64,000 nucleotides of DNA from contig JBFWNU010000001.1 in NCBI GenBank assembly GCA_050250895.1, positions 3,488,149 through 3,552,148 of the forward strand, in the 5' to 3' direction. Shown here one piece after another: positions 9,440 to 19,115 of this stretch. The notes beneath the pieces were generated by a model, which worked only from the letters and a program-made list of their open reading frames with translations, did no database searches and had not been told where the DNA came from. Within the stretch, counting starts at the first letter, position 1. The number at the start of each line of letters is the position of its first letter. The translations under genes were made by a program, and so were the position numbers. Source of the stretch: Vulcanimicrobiota bacterium (lineage in GTDB: Bacteria; Vulcanimicrobiota; Xenobia; Xenobiales; JADMJV01).

Positions 9440-9492
9440 GCTCCCTTTATCGGTCGACGGTCTGCAGTCTTAAGAGAATCAGGCATACGCCG

Positions 9493-11328
9493 ATGAGAGG
9501 TGCCATGAATAGCCCCGCCCGAGCAGAACTCGAGCATCGGCGACGTGAGCTCTACCGTCAGGCCCGCCACGAGGTCCAGGCCAGGACCGATCGGATGTTC
9601 GCGCGGTTGATGTGCCTTCAATATGGGGCCGGAATTCTGGCCGTGCTCTGGCTGAGCCCGTACACCTGGTATGGGACGACGGCCCGGGTCCACCTGCATG
9701 TATTGGCCACCCTCTTCCTGGGAGCTTTGCTGGCCGCTCCTCCGGTCTGGCTGGCCTGGCGCCGAGCCGGACGCTACTCGACCCGAATGGTCATCGCCGC
9801 CTGCCAGATGCTCTTCTCGGCCCTGCTCATCCACATCACTGGCGGTCGCATCGAGACCCACTTCCATGTCTTTGGCTCGCTGGCGTTCCTTTCGTTTTAT
9901 CGAGACTGGCGGGTCTACGTTCCGGCCACGCTGGTGGTGAGCCTCGATCATCTGGTTCGAGGCCTCTACTATCCGCTGTCGGTGTTCGGGGTGGCTGACG
10001 CCAGTCATTGGCGCTGGCTCGAGCACGCGGCCTGGGTCATGTTTTGCGTGTTCTTCCTGGTTCGCTCGGTGCGCGAGACGCGCCAGGAGATGATGCAGAT
10101 CGCCGACCAGCAGGCCAGGTTGGAGCACACCAACCTGCTGATCGAGTCCGAAGTCAGGCACCGAACCATCGAATTGGCCGGCGAACGCTTGCGCTTTCTC
10201 AGCGCTTTCGAAAACGCTCCCATCGGCATGGCCATCGTGGCCGTGAACGGAGCCCTGCTGAGGGTCAATCAGGAGTTCTGCCGAGTGCTTGGCTATCGTG
10301 CCGAAGAGTTGACCGGACGCCAGCTGCAAAGCCTGGTGCCCGGCGACAGGGAGCACCCCGAACTCGGCTCGGCGGGGCGCGGAGAGTTTCGGGTGACCTA
10401 TGTCGAGCAGCAGGGAGCCGAGGTAGAGTTAAGCTGCCACGCTAGCTACCAGGCCGGCTCGGAGCACCAGATGGCCCATTTCATCGTCCAGTTTCTAGAT
10501 ATCACCGAGCGGGTTCGGGCGGCTCGTCTGATGTTAGAGCAAGAGCAACGGACCCAACTGGCCCAGAAGCTCGAGTCCCTGGGTATCCTGGCCGGCGGGA
10601 TCGCCCACGAGCTGGCCACGCCGATCCAGTATATCGGAGACAACGCCAACTTCCTGGAAGACCTTTTCCGGAGCGAGATTACTCAGTTGCTGGCCGCCTA
10701 CCAGCCAACCGGGGAGGGCGCCATCGATATCGATTTTCTGCGCGAGGAGATGCCCGCTGCCCTGGCTCAGATCGGCGAGGGGGTAGAGCGGGTGAGTAGC
10801 ATCGTTCGTTCGATCAAGGAATACGCTCACAACCGCGAGGGCGACGGGGGGCCGGTGGACCTCAACGAGCTTATAGAGAACACCATTACGATGTCCCGCA
10901 ACGAGTGGAAGTACATCGCTGAGGTCGAAGTTGACCTGGCCTCGCAGCTGCCCTCGGTGGTGGCCGATCGAAGCGGGCTTGCTCAGGTCTTTCTCAACCT
11001 TCTGGTCAACGCCGCCCACGCGGTCGAAGACGTGTTCAAAGCCACCGAGCGTAGAGGCCTGATCAAGGTCTCGACCGCGTGCTGCCAGAACGGCGTCGAG
11101 GTTCTCTTTCAGGATACAGGACCAGGGGTGCCGCCAGAAATCGCCAGCCGCATCTTCGACCCCTTCTTCACCACCAAGGATGTCGGTCGCGGAACAGGGC
11201 AGGGGCTGTCGATTTCGAGCAACATTCTCAAAGCCCACGGTGGCTGTCTCGAGCTGGTCGACAGCAGCCGGCAAGGCAGTTGCTTCCGCGTCTGGCTTCC
11301 CCTCACTTCCCTTCAGGAAGTGGCCTGA
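9493..11328 (+). CDS. Membrane sensor histidine kinase (His-rich TM domain, PAS, HisKA, HATPase)
   Basis: GGRIETHFHVFGSLAFLSFYRDW TM domain; FENAPIG PAS; GIAHEL H-box; NLLVNA, DTGPG, FFTTK, GTGQGL. Confidence 0.92.
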   Translation: MRGAMNSPARAELEHRRRELYRQARHEVQARTDRMFARLMCLQYGAGILAVLWLSPYTWYGTTARVHLHVLATLFLGALLAAPPVWLAWRRAGRYSTRMVIAACQMLFSALLIHITGGRIETHFHVFGSLAFLSFYRDWRVYVPATLVVSLDHLVRGLYYPLSVFGVADASHWRWLEHAAWVMFCVFFLVRSVRETRQEMMQIADQQARLEHTNLLIESEVRHRTIELAGERLRFLSAFENAPIGMAIVAVNGALLRVNQEFCRVLGYRAEELTGRQLQSLVPGDREHPELGSAGRGEFRVTYVEQQGAEVELSCHASYQAGSEHQMAHFIVQFLDITERVRAARLMLEQEQRTQLAQKLESLGILAGGIAHELATPIQYIGDNANFLEDLFRSEITQLLAAYQPTGEGAIDIDFLREEMPAALAQIGEGVERVSSIVRSIKEYAHNREGDGGPVDLNELIENTITMSRNEWKYIAEVEVDLASQLPSVVADRSGLAQVFLNLLVNAAHAVEDVFKATERRGLIKVSTACCQNGVEVLFQDTGPGVPPEIASRIFDPFFTTKDVGRGTGQGLSISSNILKAHGGCLELVDSSRQGSCFRVWLPLTSLQEVA

Positions 11329-13183
11329 GATAGGTCTCGAGAAACAGGACCACGGCCTGCAAATAGGCGTCGCGGTTGTCTTTCTTCTTGAACCCGTGCC
11401 CTTCGTCGCGGGCCATGAGATACCATACCTGCCCCCCCTGGCGACGGACCTCGGCCACCATCTGTTCTGACTCGGTGACCGGCACTCGAGGGTCGTTGAA
11501 GCCCTGGACCACCAGTAGCGGGGCGCGAATGGACGAGGCTCTGGTGGTCGGCGAGATGGCGGTGAGAAAGCGGCGCATCTCGGGGTCTCGCTCGTCACCG
11601 TACTCGACCCGCCTGCGGTCGCGCCGATAGTCCTGGGTGTTCTCGAGGAAGGTGACGAAGTTGCTGATGCCCACCACATCGATGCCCGCGGCCAGCCGGT
11701 CGGGAAAGTGAATCAAGCTGGCCAGCACCATATAGCCTCCGTAGGAGCCGCCATAGACGGCCACTTGTCTGGCATCGAGTTCGGGTTGAGCGGCTATCCA
11801 GTCGAGCAGGGCTCCGATATCCTTGACCGAGTCTTCGCGGCTGCGGCCGTCGTCGAGCTTGAGGTAACTTTTGCCGTAGCCCCGAGAGCCCCGCACGTTG
11901 GGGGCCACCACGGCCAGTCCCATTTCGTTGACCAGATACTGGATGGTGGAAGAAAAGGCTGGAGTGAACTGGCTCTCGGGTCCGCCGTGGATGAGCACCA
12001 CCGTCGCGAACGGTCCCTGGCCGCTCGGTCGATAATAGAAAGCGGGGATGCGACGCTGGTCAAAGCTGGCGAACTCCACCAGGCTGGGCGACACGAAGCG
12101 GGCCGTGTCTAGCCCCCCGACCTCGCTGTGGGTCCAGGCCTGCACCCGGTTGGTCGCCAGGTCATAGACGTAGACATCTCCCGGGCTGGTGGCGGCGTCG
12201 GCTGAAAAGGCCAGCTTCTTTCCATCGGGAGAAAAGCGAAGATTGCCCATCGTCCCGAGCGGCGTGTCTTTGACTTCGATGATCTCGCCGCTCTGGCGGT
12301 CGAGCAGATAGAGGTGGTCGATGCCCCCCTGATTGACCAGATAGGCCACCCGGTCCGCCGTGGCCTCGACCTCGGTGACGTCCCAGGGTCGGTCGAAGAA
12401 CTGTAGCCGGCCGGCCTGATATCGCACCAGGCGCAGAAACTCGTGGTCGCGGTCGCTGGTGAAATAGAGCGAATCACCGGCGAAGGCGGCCGAGCCATGG
12501 GCCACCTCGCCGGGTCCGCCGTCAACCTCGACCAGTTTGCCGCTGGCCAACTCGAGCAGGTACAGGTCGGAGTCGTTGGCCGACTGGTAGCGGCGCAACA
12601 GCAGCTGGCGGTCGTCGGGCGACCAGGCCATCGGCATGAATGACCCTTCGGCCTGATAGACCAGCTGGCGTTGGCCGTCGGGAGTGGCCGTGTAGATGTC
12701 CCAGTCTTTGCCGTTGCGAGCCGTGCCGTAAAAGGCTATGCGATCGCCGCTGTGAGACCAGACGGGGTTACCGTGGCGAGCCTTGCCATCGGTCAATTGC
12801 CGGCTCTGGCCGCTGTCGAGGTCGAGGTAGAAGAGCTGATAAAACTCGCCGCCTCCCACATCCTTGAGAAAGACCAGCCCATGCCCGCCGGCCGGACGCA
12901 CCACCGCCCCGGCCACCGGTTCGTCGAAGAAGGTCAACTGGGTGCGAGCCGCGCCCGGGCCGGCCACGTGATGCAACTGGTTGGTCTGGCCAAAGCGGGT
13001 CAGTACGATCACCCCGCCGGCGGTCGGGTCCCAGTCGCATAGGCTGGCGGAGCGCGTTTCGCTATACTGGCGCAGCCGTTGGGCCACCTGGTCGGGAATG
13101 GGAGGGATCCCTTCGCGCACCAGGTTGCCGTCGTCGGCCACGGCGGCCAGGGTCAAGAGCAGAAACAGACAAAGCCATCGCAT
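11303..13183 (-). CDS. S9 family serine peptidase with beta-propeller, exported
   Basis: Signal peptide MRWLCLFLLL; HGGPE, GGSYGGY nucleophile, NDPRVP, EGHGF. Confidence 0.93.
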   Translation of the reverse strand: MRWLCLFLLLTLAAVADDGNLVREGIPPIPDQVAQRLRQYSETRSASLCDWDPTAGGVIVLTRFGQTNQLHHVAGPGAARTQLTFFDEPVAGAVVRPAGGHGLVFLKDVGGGEFYQLFYLDLDSGQSRQLTDGKARHGNPVWSHSGDRIAFYGTARNGKDWDIYTATPDGQRQLVYQAEGSFMPMAWSPDDRQLLLRRYQSANDSDLYLLELASGKLVEVDGGPGEVAHGSAAFAGDSLYFTSDRDHEFLRLVRYQAGRLQFFDRPWDVTEVEATADRVAYLVNQGGIDHLYLLDRQSGEIIEVKDTPLGTMGNLRFSPDGKKLAFSADAATSPGDVYVYDLATNRVQAWTHSEVGGLDTARFVSPSLVEFASFDQRRIPAFYYRPSGQGPFATVVLIHGGPESQFTPAFSSTIQYLVNEMGLAVVAPNVRGSRGYGKSYLKLDDGRSREDSVKDIGALLDWIAAQPELDARQVAVYGGSYGGYMVLASLIHFPDRLAAGIDVVGISNFVTFLENTQDYRRDRRRVEYGDERDPEMRRFLTAISPTTRASSIRAPLLVVQGFNDPRVPVTESEQMVAEVRRQGGQVWYLMARDEGHGFKKKDNRDAYLQAVVLFLETYLRPLPEGK

Positions 13184-13232
13184 GGCCGGCTCCTTCGCAG
13201 GAACCCCCTCATCCTCTTGCCAAGAGCCTGGC

Positions 13233-13868
13233 ATGCCGCCAATCGAACGCGTGCTCACCCGTGACGGCTCGGTGACTTATCGCCACCTCGAGCTGGGGGT
13301 GACCTATCGCTCGCTGGGTGGGGCCAGCGCCGAGTCTGACCATGTCTTCGTGCAGGGGACCGGCCTGCCGGCTCGCCCCGGCCCCTGGCGGGTGCTCGAA
13401 CTGGGCTTTGGCAGCGGGCTCAACTTCGCCCGCACGCTGGCTCACCTGGACGGCCGCCGCCTCGACTATCTCAGCTGCGAACCGGACCCCCTCGACCCCC
13501 AGTTGTGGCTGGTGCCGGCCGTGTGGCAAGACCCCGCCGTCGAGCAGGTGGGCGAGGTGCGCCGCCGCCTGGCCGGTCGCTGGCAAGAGTGCCAGCTGGC
13601 CAGCAACTATTTCCATGCCTACTTTCACGACCCGTTCGCCCCGCGCACCGCCCCCGATTGCTGGACGGCTGAGTGCTTTGCCTGGGCGGCCCGGGCTCTC
13701 ACCCCGGACGGTGTGCTGGCCACCTATGGCGCTTCGACCGCCGCCCGCCGCGCCATGGCCGAGGCGGGGCTGGCGGTGGGGGTGTTACCCGGAGCCGGCG
13801 GCAAGCGCGAGATGACGGTGGCCTCGCGCTGCCCCACAGCCATCGCTCGGGCCCGGAGGTGGCCGTGA
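13233..13868 (+). CDS. mnmD: tRNA mnm5s2U34 methyltransferase-like (MnmC N-terminal domain)
   Basis: TRDGSVT, YRSLGGASAESDHVF, LELGFGSGLN, HDPFAP..PDCW, ATYG, PGAGGKREM. Confidence 0.85.
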   Translation: MPPIERVLTRDGSVTYRHLELGVTYRSLGGASAESDHVFVQGTGLPARPGPWRVLELGFGSGLNFARTLAHLDGRRLDYLSCEPDPLDPQLWLVPAVWQDPAVEQVGEVRRRLAGRWQECQLASNYFHAYFHDPFAPRTAPDCWTAECFAWAARALTPDGVLATYGASTAARRAMAEAGLAVGVLPGAGGKREMTVASRCPTAIARARRWP

Positions 13869-14689
13869 TCGAGGTGGTCGGGGCCGGCATGGCCGGTCTG
13901 ATGACGGCTCGCAGCCTGCACGAGCGCGGCCACCCGGTGGTGGTCTATGACGATGGCCGGGCCCTGGCTCCGCCGGCCGGCCTGGTCCACCTGTTCGCCG
14001 GTCGCACCTTTCGTCGTCATCCTCTCGAGGTCGAAGCCTTCGAACGCGCCATCGACTATTGGCGAAGCCAGCCCGAGGCCCGCGAGTACAGCGTGCGACG
14101 CCAGGCGGGCCAGCGCCTGATCGGCAGTGCCGAAAGCCCGCTCCCAGCCGCCTTTGCCCCCCGCCGAGAGGGGGACTACTTTCATTACTCGCCGGCCTTC
14201 GTCGTCGACACGCCAGCCTGGCTCGAGCAGTTGCGCTCGCAACTGACCGTGCGAGGGGAGAGCCGCCAACTCGACCCCGGTGTGGTGGTGGCTACCGGTC
14301 CGGCCCTGGCCCAATGGCTGGCCCTGGACTGGGACCAGACCACCGGTAGCCTGTGGACCCTGGCCGGCCAACTCGACCAGGTCGAGATCGGCTCAGGCTA
14401 TCACCTGGCTCCGCGGGGCGACCAGGTCGTAGCCGGCGGGGATTGCGAGGCGGCCTGCCTGCGCCTGAAGGCCACCCCGCACGGGCAATGGTCCGGCCAG
14501 CGCCTCACCCCGCGTCGGGATCACTGGCCGGTGTTGGGCTGGCACCGCCAACGCTTTCTCATCGGCGGCCTCGGCTCCCGCGGCCTGTTCTGGATGCCCT
14601 ACCTGGCCCCTCTGGCGGCCCTGGCCATCGAACAAGGCCACAACGGCTCGCTGCCGGCCGAACTGTCGGTGGGACGGTTCGGCAGCTAG
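13865..14689 (+). CDS. FAD-dependent oxidoreductase (MnmC C-terminal-like)
   Basis: VVGAGMAG; R.TPRRDHWPVLG; GGLGSRGL; GTG with GGAGG SD overlapping the upstream stop. Confidence 0.75.
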   Translation: MIEVVGAGMAGLMTARSLHERGHPVVVYDDGRALAPPAGLVHLFAGRTFRRHPLEVEAFERAIDYWRSQPEAREYSVRRQAGQRLIGSAESPLPAAFAPRREGDYFHYSPAFVVDTPAWLEQLRSQLTVRGESRQLDPGVVVATGPALAQWLALDWDQTTGSLWTLAGQLDQVEIGSGYHLAPRGDQVVAGGDCEAACLRLKATPHGQWSGQRLTPRRDHWPVLGWHRQRFLIGGLGSRGLFWMPYLAPLAALAIEQGHNGSLPAELSVGRFGS

Positions 14690-16326
14690 CCGGGACCCGC
14701 GCTCGGACACTTTGTGGAAAGGCACTCTCGCAGACTGGCGAACTGGATCGGCTTGCAGATATAGTCGTCCATGCCGGCCTTCAGGCAGCGTTCTCGCCAG
14801 TCCTCGGCGGCGTGGGCCGTGAGGGCGATGACGGGAGTGTAGGAGCGGCCTGTGTCACGCTCTTCCAAGCGCAGGCGCTCGGTAGCCGCAAAGCCGTCGA
14901 GGACCGGCATCTGGACATCCATGAGGACGATGTCGAAGACCTGACTGCGGTAGGCTTCCACGGCCTCCTGGCCGTCCGTGGCCACCTCCACCTGACACCC
15001 CAGCCGTCGCAGCAGCCCAACGGCCACCTTGCGATTGATGAGGTTATCGTCGGCCAACAGCACCCGTAAATCGGGACGGACCTGAAAGTCGGGCTCGAGC
15101 TGGCGGGCGGGCTGGATTTGAGGAACCTTCTGCAAGGGCAATTCGAGGTCCATGGACAGGGTGGTGCCCCGCCCCACCTCGCTCTCGATGGCCAGTTGGC
15201 CGCCCATGCGCCCGACTAGCTCTTTACAGATGGCCAGCCCTAAGCCGGTCCCACCCTGGCCGAGCAGGTCCGAGCGTTCGACCTGGGTGAAATGGTCAAA
15301 GATGCTCTCGAGCTTGTCGGCCGGAATACCGACGCCGGTGTCGGCCACCCACATTCGCAGGCGCGCCGACTCGGGCTTACGCTCGAGCAGTTCAGCTCCC
15401 ACGGTCACCGAGCCGAACTCGGTGAACTTCAACGCGTTGCCGACCAGATTGATCAGCACCTGCCGGATGCGGCCGGCATCGCCATGAAGGTGGACCGGCA
15501 GCTCGGCCGCCAGCCGCCCTTCCAGCCGAACGCCTTTGCTTTTGGCCTGGCTCGAGAGAAGGTCCAGGACGGTCTGGACCTCTTCGGCGAGGTTGAAATC
15601 GATCGGATGAAGGGTGAACTTGCCGGACTCTAACTTGGCGAAGTCCAGGATTTCGTTGATCACGTTGAGCAGGCCCACACTGCATTCTCTGATGGTGTCC
15701 AGCTTGGCCGCTACCCCACCCGGTAGGCCGTCCCGCTCGATCAGTTCTAGCATGCCCAGGATGCCGTTCATCGGGGTGCGCAGTTCGTGGCTGACGTTGG
15801 CCGTAAACCGCGCCCGGGCTTCGGCCTGGCGGAGCGCCTCGTCGCGTGCCCTGGAGAGTTCCTCTTCCGAGGCCCGCAGGAGTTGTTCGGTGCGCTTTCG
15901 CTCTTCCACTTCGGCCAGGGCTCTATCGCGAACCTCTCGATAGGCTCGGATGCGATGGCTGGCCTCGGTCACGTCCTCGACAGCCACCACCGCGTCAAAG
16001 CGTCCATCTTCGCGCGGCAGAGCCGAAACCGTCGCCTTTTGTAAGCGCTTGCCACCGTCAGGCAGTTCGCAGTCAAAAAAGTAGCCATGGAGCTGGGGGG
16101 AGAAGATCGCCGGGCAACCGTGCCCGAACACCATATTGAGCCGCTCGCGGAAGCGCGGAGTGCTCAGTTCGGGAAAGAACTCCCCCACGGACCGCCCCAC
16201 GATCTCGCTGCGGGGGATGCCGGTCCAGTCTTCCAAGCAACGATTCCAGGCCAGGACGATCAGATGCTCTTCGAGCACGCAGATCCCCTGGGGAATGCGA
16301 TCGATCAGGTTGGGCCAGTAGGACAT
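14686..16326 (-). CDS. Cytoplasmic hybrid histidine kinase (PAS-HisKA-HATPase-REC)
   Basis: WNRCLEDWTG PAS; SHELRTPMNG; NLVGNALKFT; GGTGLGL; LMDVQMP, GMDDYICKP. Confidence 0.93.
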   Translation of the reverse strand: MSYWPNLIDRIPQGICVLEEHLIVLAWNRCLEDWTGIPRSEIVGRSVGEFFPELSTPRFRERLNMVFGHGCPAIFSPQLHGYFFDCELPDGGKRLQKATVSALPREDGRFDAVVAVEDVTEASHRIRAYREVRDRALAEVEERKRTEQLLRASEEELSRARDEALRQAEARARFTANVSHELRTPMNGILGMLELIERDGLPGGVAAKLDTIRECSVGLLNVINEILDFAKLESGKFTLHPIDFNLAEEVQTVLDLLSSQAKSKGVRLEGRLAAELPVHLHGDAGRIRQVLINLVGNALKFTEFGSVTVGAELLERKPESARLRMWVADTGVGIPADKLESIFDHFTQVERSDLLGQGGTGLGLAICKELVGRMGGQLAIESEVGRGTTLSMDLELPLQKVPQIQPARQLEPDFQVRPDLRVLLADDNLINRKVAVGLLRRLGCQVEVATDGQEAVEAYRSQVFDIVLMDVQMPVLDGFAATERLRLEERDTGRSYTPVIALTAHAAEDWRERCLKAGMDDYICKPIQFASLRECLSTKCPSAGPG

Positions 16327-16919
16327 CAGGCCACCTCCGCCCAGCGACAGGTCGTTAGATAGAGCTTTAGAAGCTCCAGCGATTCTTGACGGAAGAAGAG
16401 CAAGATATCGGCTTCGATGATCCGGCCGCGAGTCTTGAAACTGGTGGTGACAGACAGGACTTTGGTGGTAGAGTTGGCCAGTTGTTCGGGTGAGGCCTCG
16501 AGATAATAGGGCACCCGGAAGTCGAACTGTCGCTCGAGCAGGTTGGCGAGCGTTCCCATAATGCTGTTGAGCACGATGTTGCCTACTTCGGTGAGGGTGG
16601 CAACCTTGAGCAGATCGAAGTCCTCGTCTTCTTCTCCCTCGCCGCTGAGGATGGCAGCCAGGTTGGCGGCACTCTCCGGCGAGAAGACCAGCGAGGCCGA
16701 GCCAATCAGGTTGCCGGTGAAGTCTAGCCTCACACAAGCCAGTTGCGAGCTGCCAAAGCGCTTTAGTTGATGCAGAAGCGCCTGCGGGAGGCTCAACAGT
16801 ACCTGCGGGATACCGAGTTCGAGATGGTCCTCGAGCAGATCATTGAGAAGGACTGCGGCTCGTCCCATGCCGATATTGGTGAGCTCGGCCAGGGCGTCCA
16901 GGGTGTACTCGTCGAGCAT
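16326..16919 (-). CDS. cheC: CheC-family phosphatase
   Basis: Two ExxN motifs: ELTNIGMG and EVGNIVLN. Confidence 0.85.
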   Translation of the reverse strand: MLDEYTLDALAELTNIGMGRAAVLLNDLLEDHLELGIPQVLLSLPQALLHQLKRFGSSQLACVRLDFTGNLIGSASLVFSPESAANLAAILSGEGEEDEDFDLLKVATLTEVGNIVLNSIMGTLANLLERQFDFRVPYYLEASPEQLANSTTKVLSVTTSFKTRGRIIEADILLFFRQESLELLKLYLTTCRWAEVA

Positions 16920-17281
16920 CAGGCAGCGTCCAGTTCTGCTCGCACGACTTCGGCCAGATTGTCCGCGCAGAAGGGCTTGTTGAGAAAGGCTTTGACGCCA
17001 TAGGCCAGACAGGCCTGGTGGGAGGTGTGCTGGATATCGGCGGTGAGCACCACCACCGGTGTCGTGACGCCTCGGTCGCGTAGGGCCGACAGCATCTCGA
17101 GGCCGGTTCGATTCGGCATCAACAGGTCCGTCAGGATGAGGTCGGGTTGCTCGCATTCGACGGCCTGGAGCCCTTCGTCTCCGTCACAGGCCTCCAGCAA
17201 CTCCCAACCCCATGGAGCCAGGGCTTGCTTGACTCGCGAGCGTTGAAAGCGCGAATCGTCGACGATCAGAACTTTGGGCAT
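16919..17281 (-). CDS. CheY-like response regulator
   Basis: LIVDDS, TDLLMP, LTAD, NKP; GGAGGAG SD. Confidence 0.92.
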   Translation of the reverse strand: MPKVLIVDDSRFQRSRVKQALAPWGWELLEACDGDEGLQAVECEQPDLILTDLLMPNRTGLEMLSALRDRGVTTPVVVLTADIQHTSHQACLAYGVKAFLNKPFCADNLAEVVRAELDAA

Positions 17282-17372
17282 GTCTCCTCCGATTGTTGGC
17301 TCCTAGCCTCATCGGTGGACAGCGAGAATGGTTAAGGCCCGTGGACCTATACGGAGGTATGCGTTTGAGCGC

Positions 17373-18086
17373 TTAGGCGGCGATGGCGGCTTCGGCCAGG
17401 GGGATCCGGACCGAGAAGCGGGCGCCACCCAGTGGGCTTTCGTCGACTTCGATCGAACCGCCGTGTTCGCCCACGATGCGCTGGCAGTTCCACAGCCCCA
17501 GACCAGAACCGCCGGCCTTGGCAGTGAAGAACGGCGAGAAGATGCGAGCGCGGTGTTCGGCGGGTACTCCGGGGCCGTTGTCGTCGACGGTGAGCACGGC
17601 CCAGCCGTTGTGCCGGGTCAGGCTGACTTGAATCTCTCCGTGGCGGTCGAGGGCTTCGCTGGCGTTGAGCACCAGGTTGCACAGCACCTGACGCAGTTGC
17701 ACGCTCAGGCCGTGCACCTGGACTTCGGGCTGCGCTTCGAAGAGGACGCGCACGCCTCTTTCGCGGGCGGTAGGACGGACCAGCCGCAAGGTGTCTTCGG
17801 CCAGACGGCCGAGATCGATCAGGTCGAGAGCCGGCTGTTCACGAGCCACTTCGAGCACGCTCGAGAGCATCTCGTTCATGTCTTTCATACTCTCGTGGAT
17901 GCGGTCAAAGCCCCGGGTGACCCGCTGATCCTGGTCGTCTTTCTCGAGCAGAGCTTCGACCCGGTCGACCAGCAGCACCATGTTGCACAGTAGGTTTCTG
18001 GCGTCGTGAACGACTCCGGCCGAGAGGCGCCCAAGCAGGGCGAGCATTTCTTCCTGGCCGTCTGTGTGCTCTGGTCTGTGTAGCAT
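17373..18086 (-). CDS. Sensor-less histidine kinase (HisKA-HATPase only)
   Basis: GVVHDARN H-box; NLVLNA, DNGPG, FFTAK, GSGLGL. Confidence 0.85.
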   Translation of the reverse strand: MLHRPEHTDGQEEMLALLGRLSAGVVHDARNLLCNMVLLVDRVEALLEKDDQDQRVTRGFDRIHESMKDMNEMLSSVLEVAREQPALDLIDLGRLAEDTLRLVRPTARERGVRVLFEAQPEVQVHGLSVQLRQVLCNLVLNASEALDRHGEIQVSLTRHNGWAVLTVDDNGPGVPAEHRARIFSPFFTAKAGGSGLGLWNCQRIVGEHGGSIEVDESPLGGARFSVRIPLAEAAIAA

Positions 18087-18254
18087 TTCAACCTCGTGTG
18101 TGTTTGTTCTTGGAACCATCTTAATCTTCGGCAGTGTAGAGCAAGTTTTATCGGCCCGGATTTGATGAACAAAGTGTTAAAAGTTTCGAACAAGTTTGTT
18201 AACCTGTTCGATTGGCTCCAAAGGAATGACTCTGCTGGCCCAGAAACTCGGGGA

Positions 18255-19115
18255 GTGGGGAAGCGGTTGCTCATACTCGAGGACGATGAGGACATGCGCG
18301 AGAGCCTGTTGGAAGCGCTCGAAGACCTCGATTTTGACGTGACCGGCGCTGCTTCCAGCCACCAGGCCCTCGAGCTGGCCCGGCGTTCTCGTTTTGACCT
18401 GGTGATTCACGATGTGCGCATGGCCGAGATGGACGGGCTCGAGGCGATGGCCGGTATCCGCCAGCTGCAACCCGACATCAAGGCCATCGTGATCACCGGT
18501 TATGCCGACGATAGCGCCCCCACCCGGGCCATCCAGCAGCGTGCCTCGGACTACATCTACAAGCCGTTCCAGCTGCGCGAATTGATCAAAGTGATCGAGA
18601 ACGTGCTCAGTGCCGAAGAACTGGCCCGCCGGAACGACGGCATCATGGAGAAGCTGTCGCGGGGGTTTCAGGCTTTGCGTTCGCGCTTGACGGCCCGTCG
18701 CTGGGAAAGTGTCAGACAGTTGCGCCTGGATACTTATCAGGCCTATTTCGTGGGGGTGCGCTCGCGCAAGCTCGACGAGCGCAACGCCCGTCGCCTGTGG
18801 TATCTGTTCGAGCCGCTCGAAGGGCTGTGGTTGCAAGAGAGAGAGCAAGACCTCGACACCCTCGAGCAACGCTATCAGTACATCCTGGACCTGCTGGGGG
18901 CACTCGACCGGCAAGAACTGCAGCTCAACGAAGTCAGCAAGTCCATCGATGCCGATCTCTTTGCCGGTTTCTATCGGCGCCTGCAAGAAGGTAAGCTGGC
19001 TTTGCATCAGCTCACCATGGCCGCGTTCTTGCGCTCCGTCGATCGGGTGACGCTACTGCAGTTTCCCGACATGCAAGAGCTACGCCGACTGGTTTGGGGT
19101 CAGCCCCAGGAGTGA
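18255..19115 (+). CDS. Response regulator with uncharacterised helical C-terminal domain
   Basis: LILEDD, HDVRMAEMDG, ITGY, YKPF; start chosen at GTG 18255. Confidence 0.85.
   Translation: MGKRLLILEDDEDMRESLLEALEDLDFDVTGAASSHQALELARRSRFDLVIHDVRMAEMDGLEAMAGIRQLQPDIKAIVITGYADDSAPTRAIQQRASDYIYKPFQLRELIKVIENVLSAEELARRNDGIMEKLSRGFQALRSRLTARRWESVRQLRLDTYQAYFVGVRSRKLDERNARRLWYLFEPLEGLWLQEREQDLDTLEQRYQYILDLLGALDRQELQLNEVSKSIDADLFAGFYRRLQEGKLALHQLTMAAFLRSVDRVTLLQFPDMQELRRLVWGQPQE

Noticed and set aside
13860-13870. Frameshifted mnmC pseudogene
   Set aside because: A clean GTGA overlap with a GGAGG SD indicates two real genes.
17352-17375. GGAGGT-ATG mini-ORF (MRLSA)
   Set aside because: There is no spacing between the SD and ATG, and it is only 5 codons.
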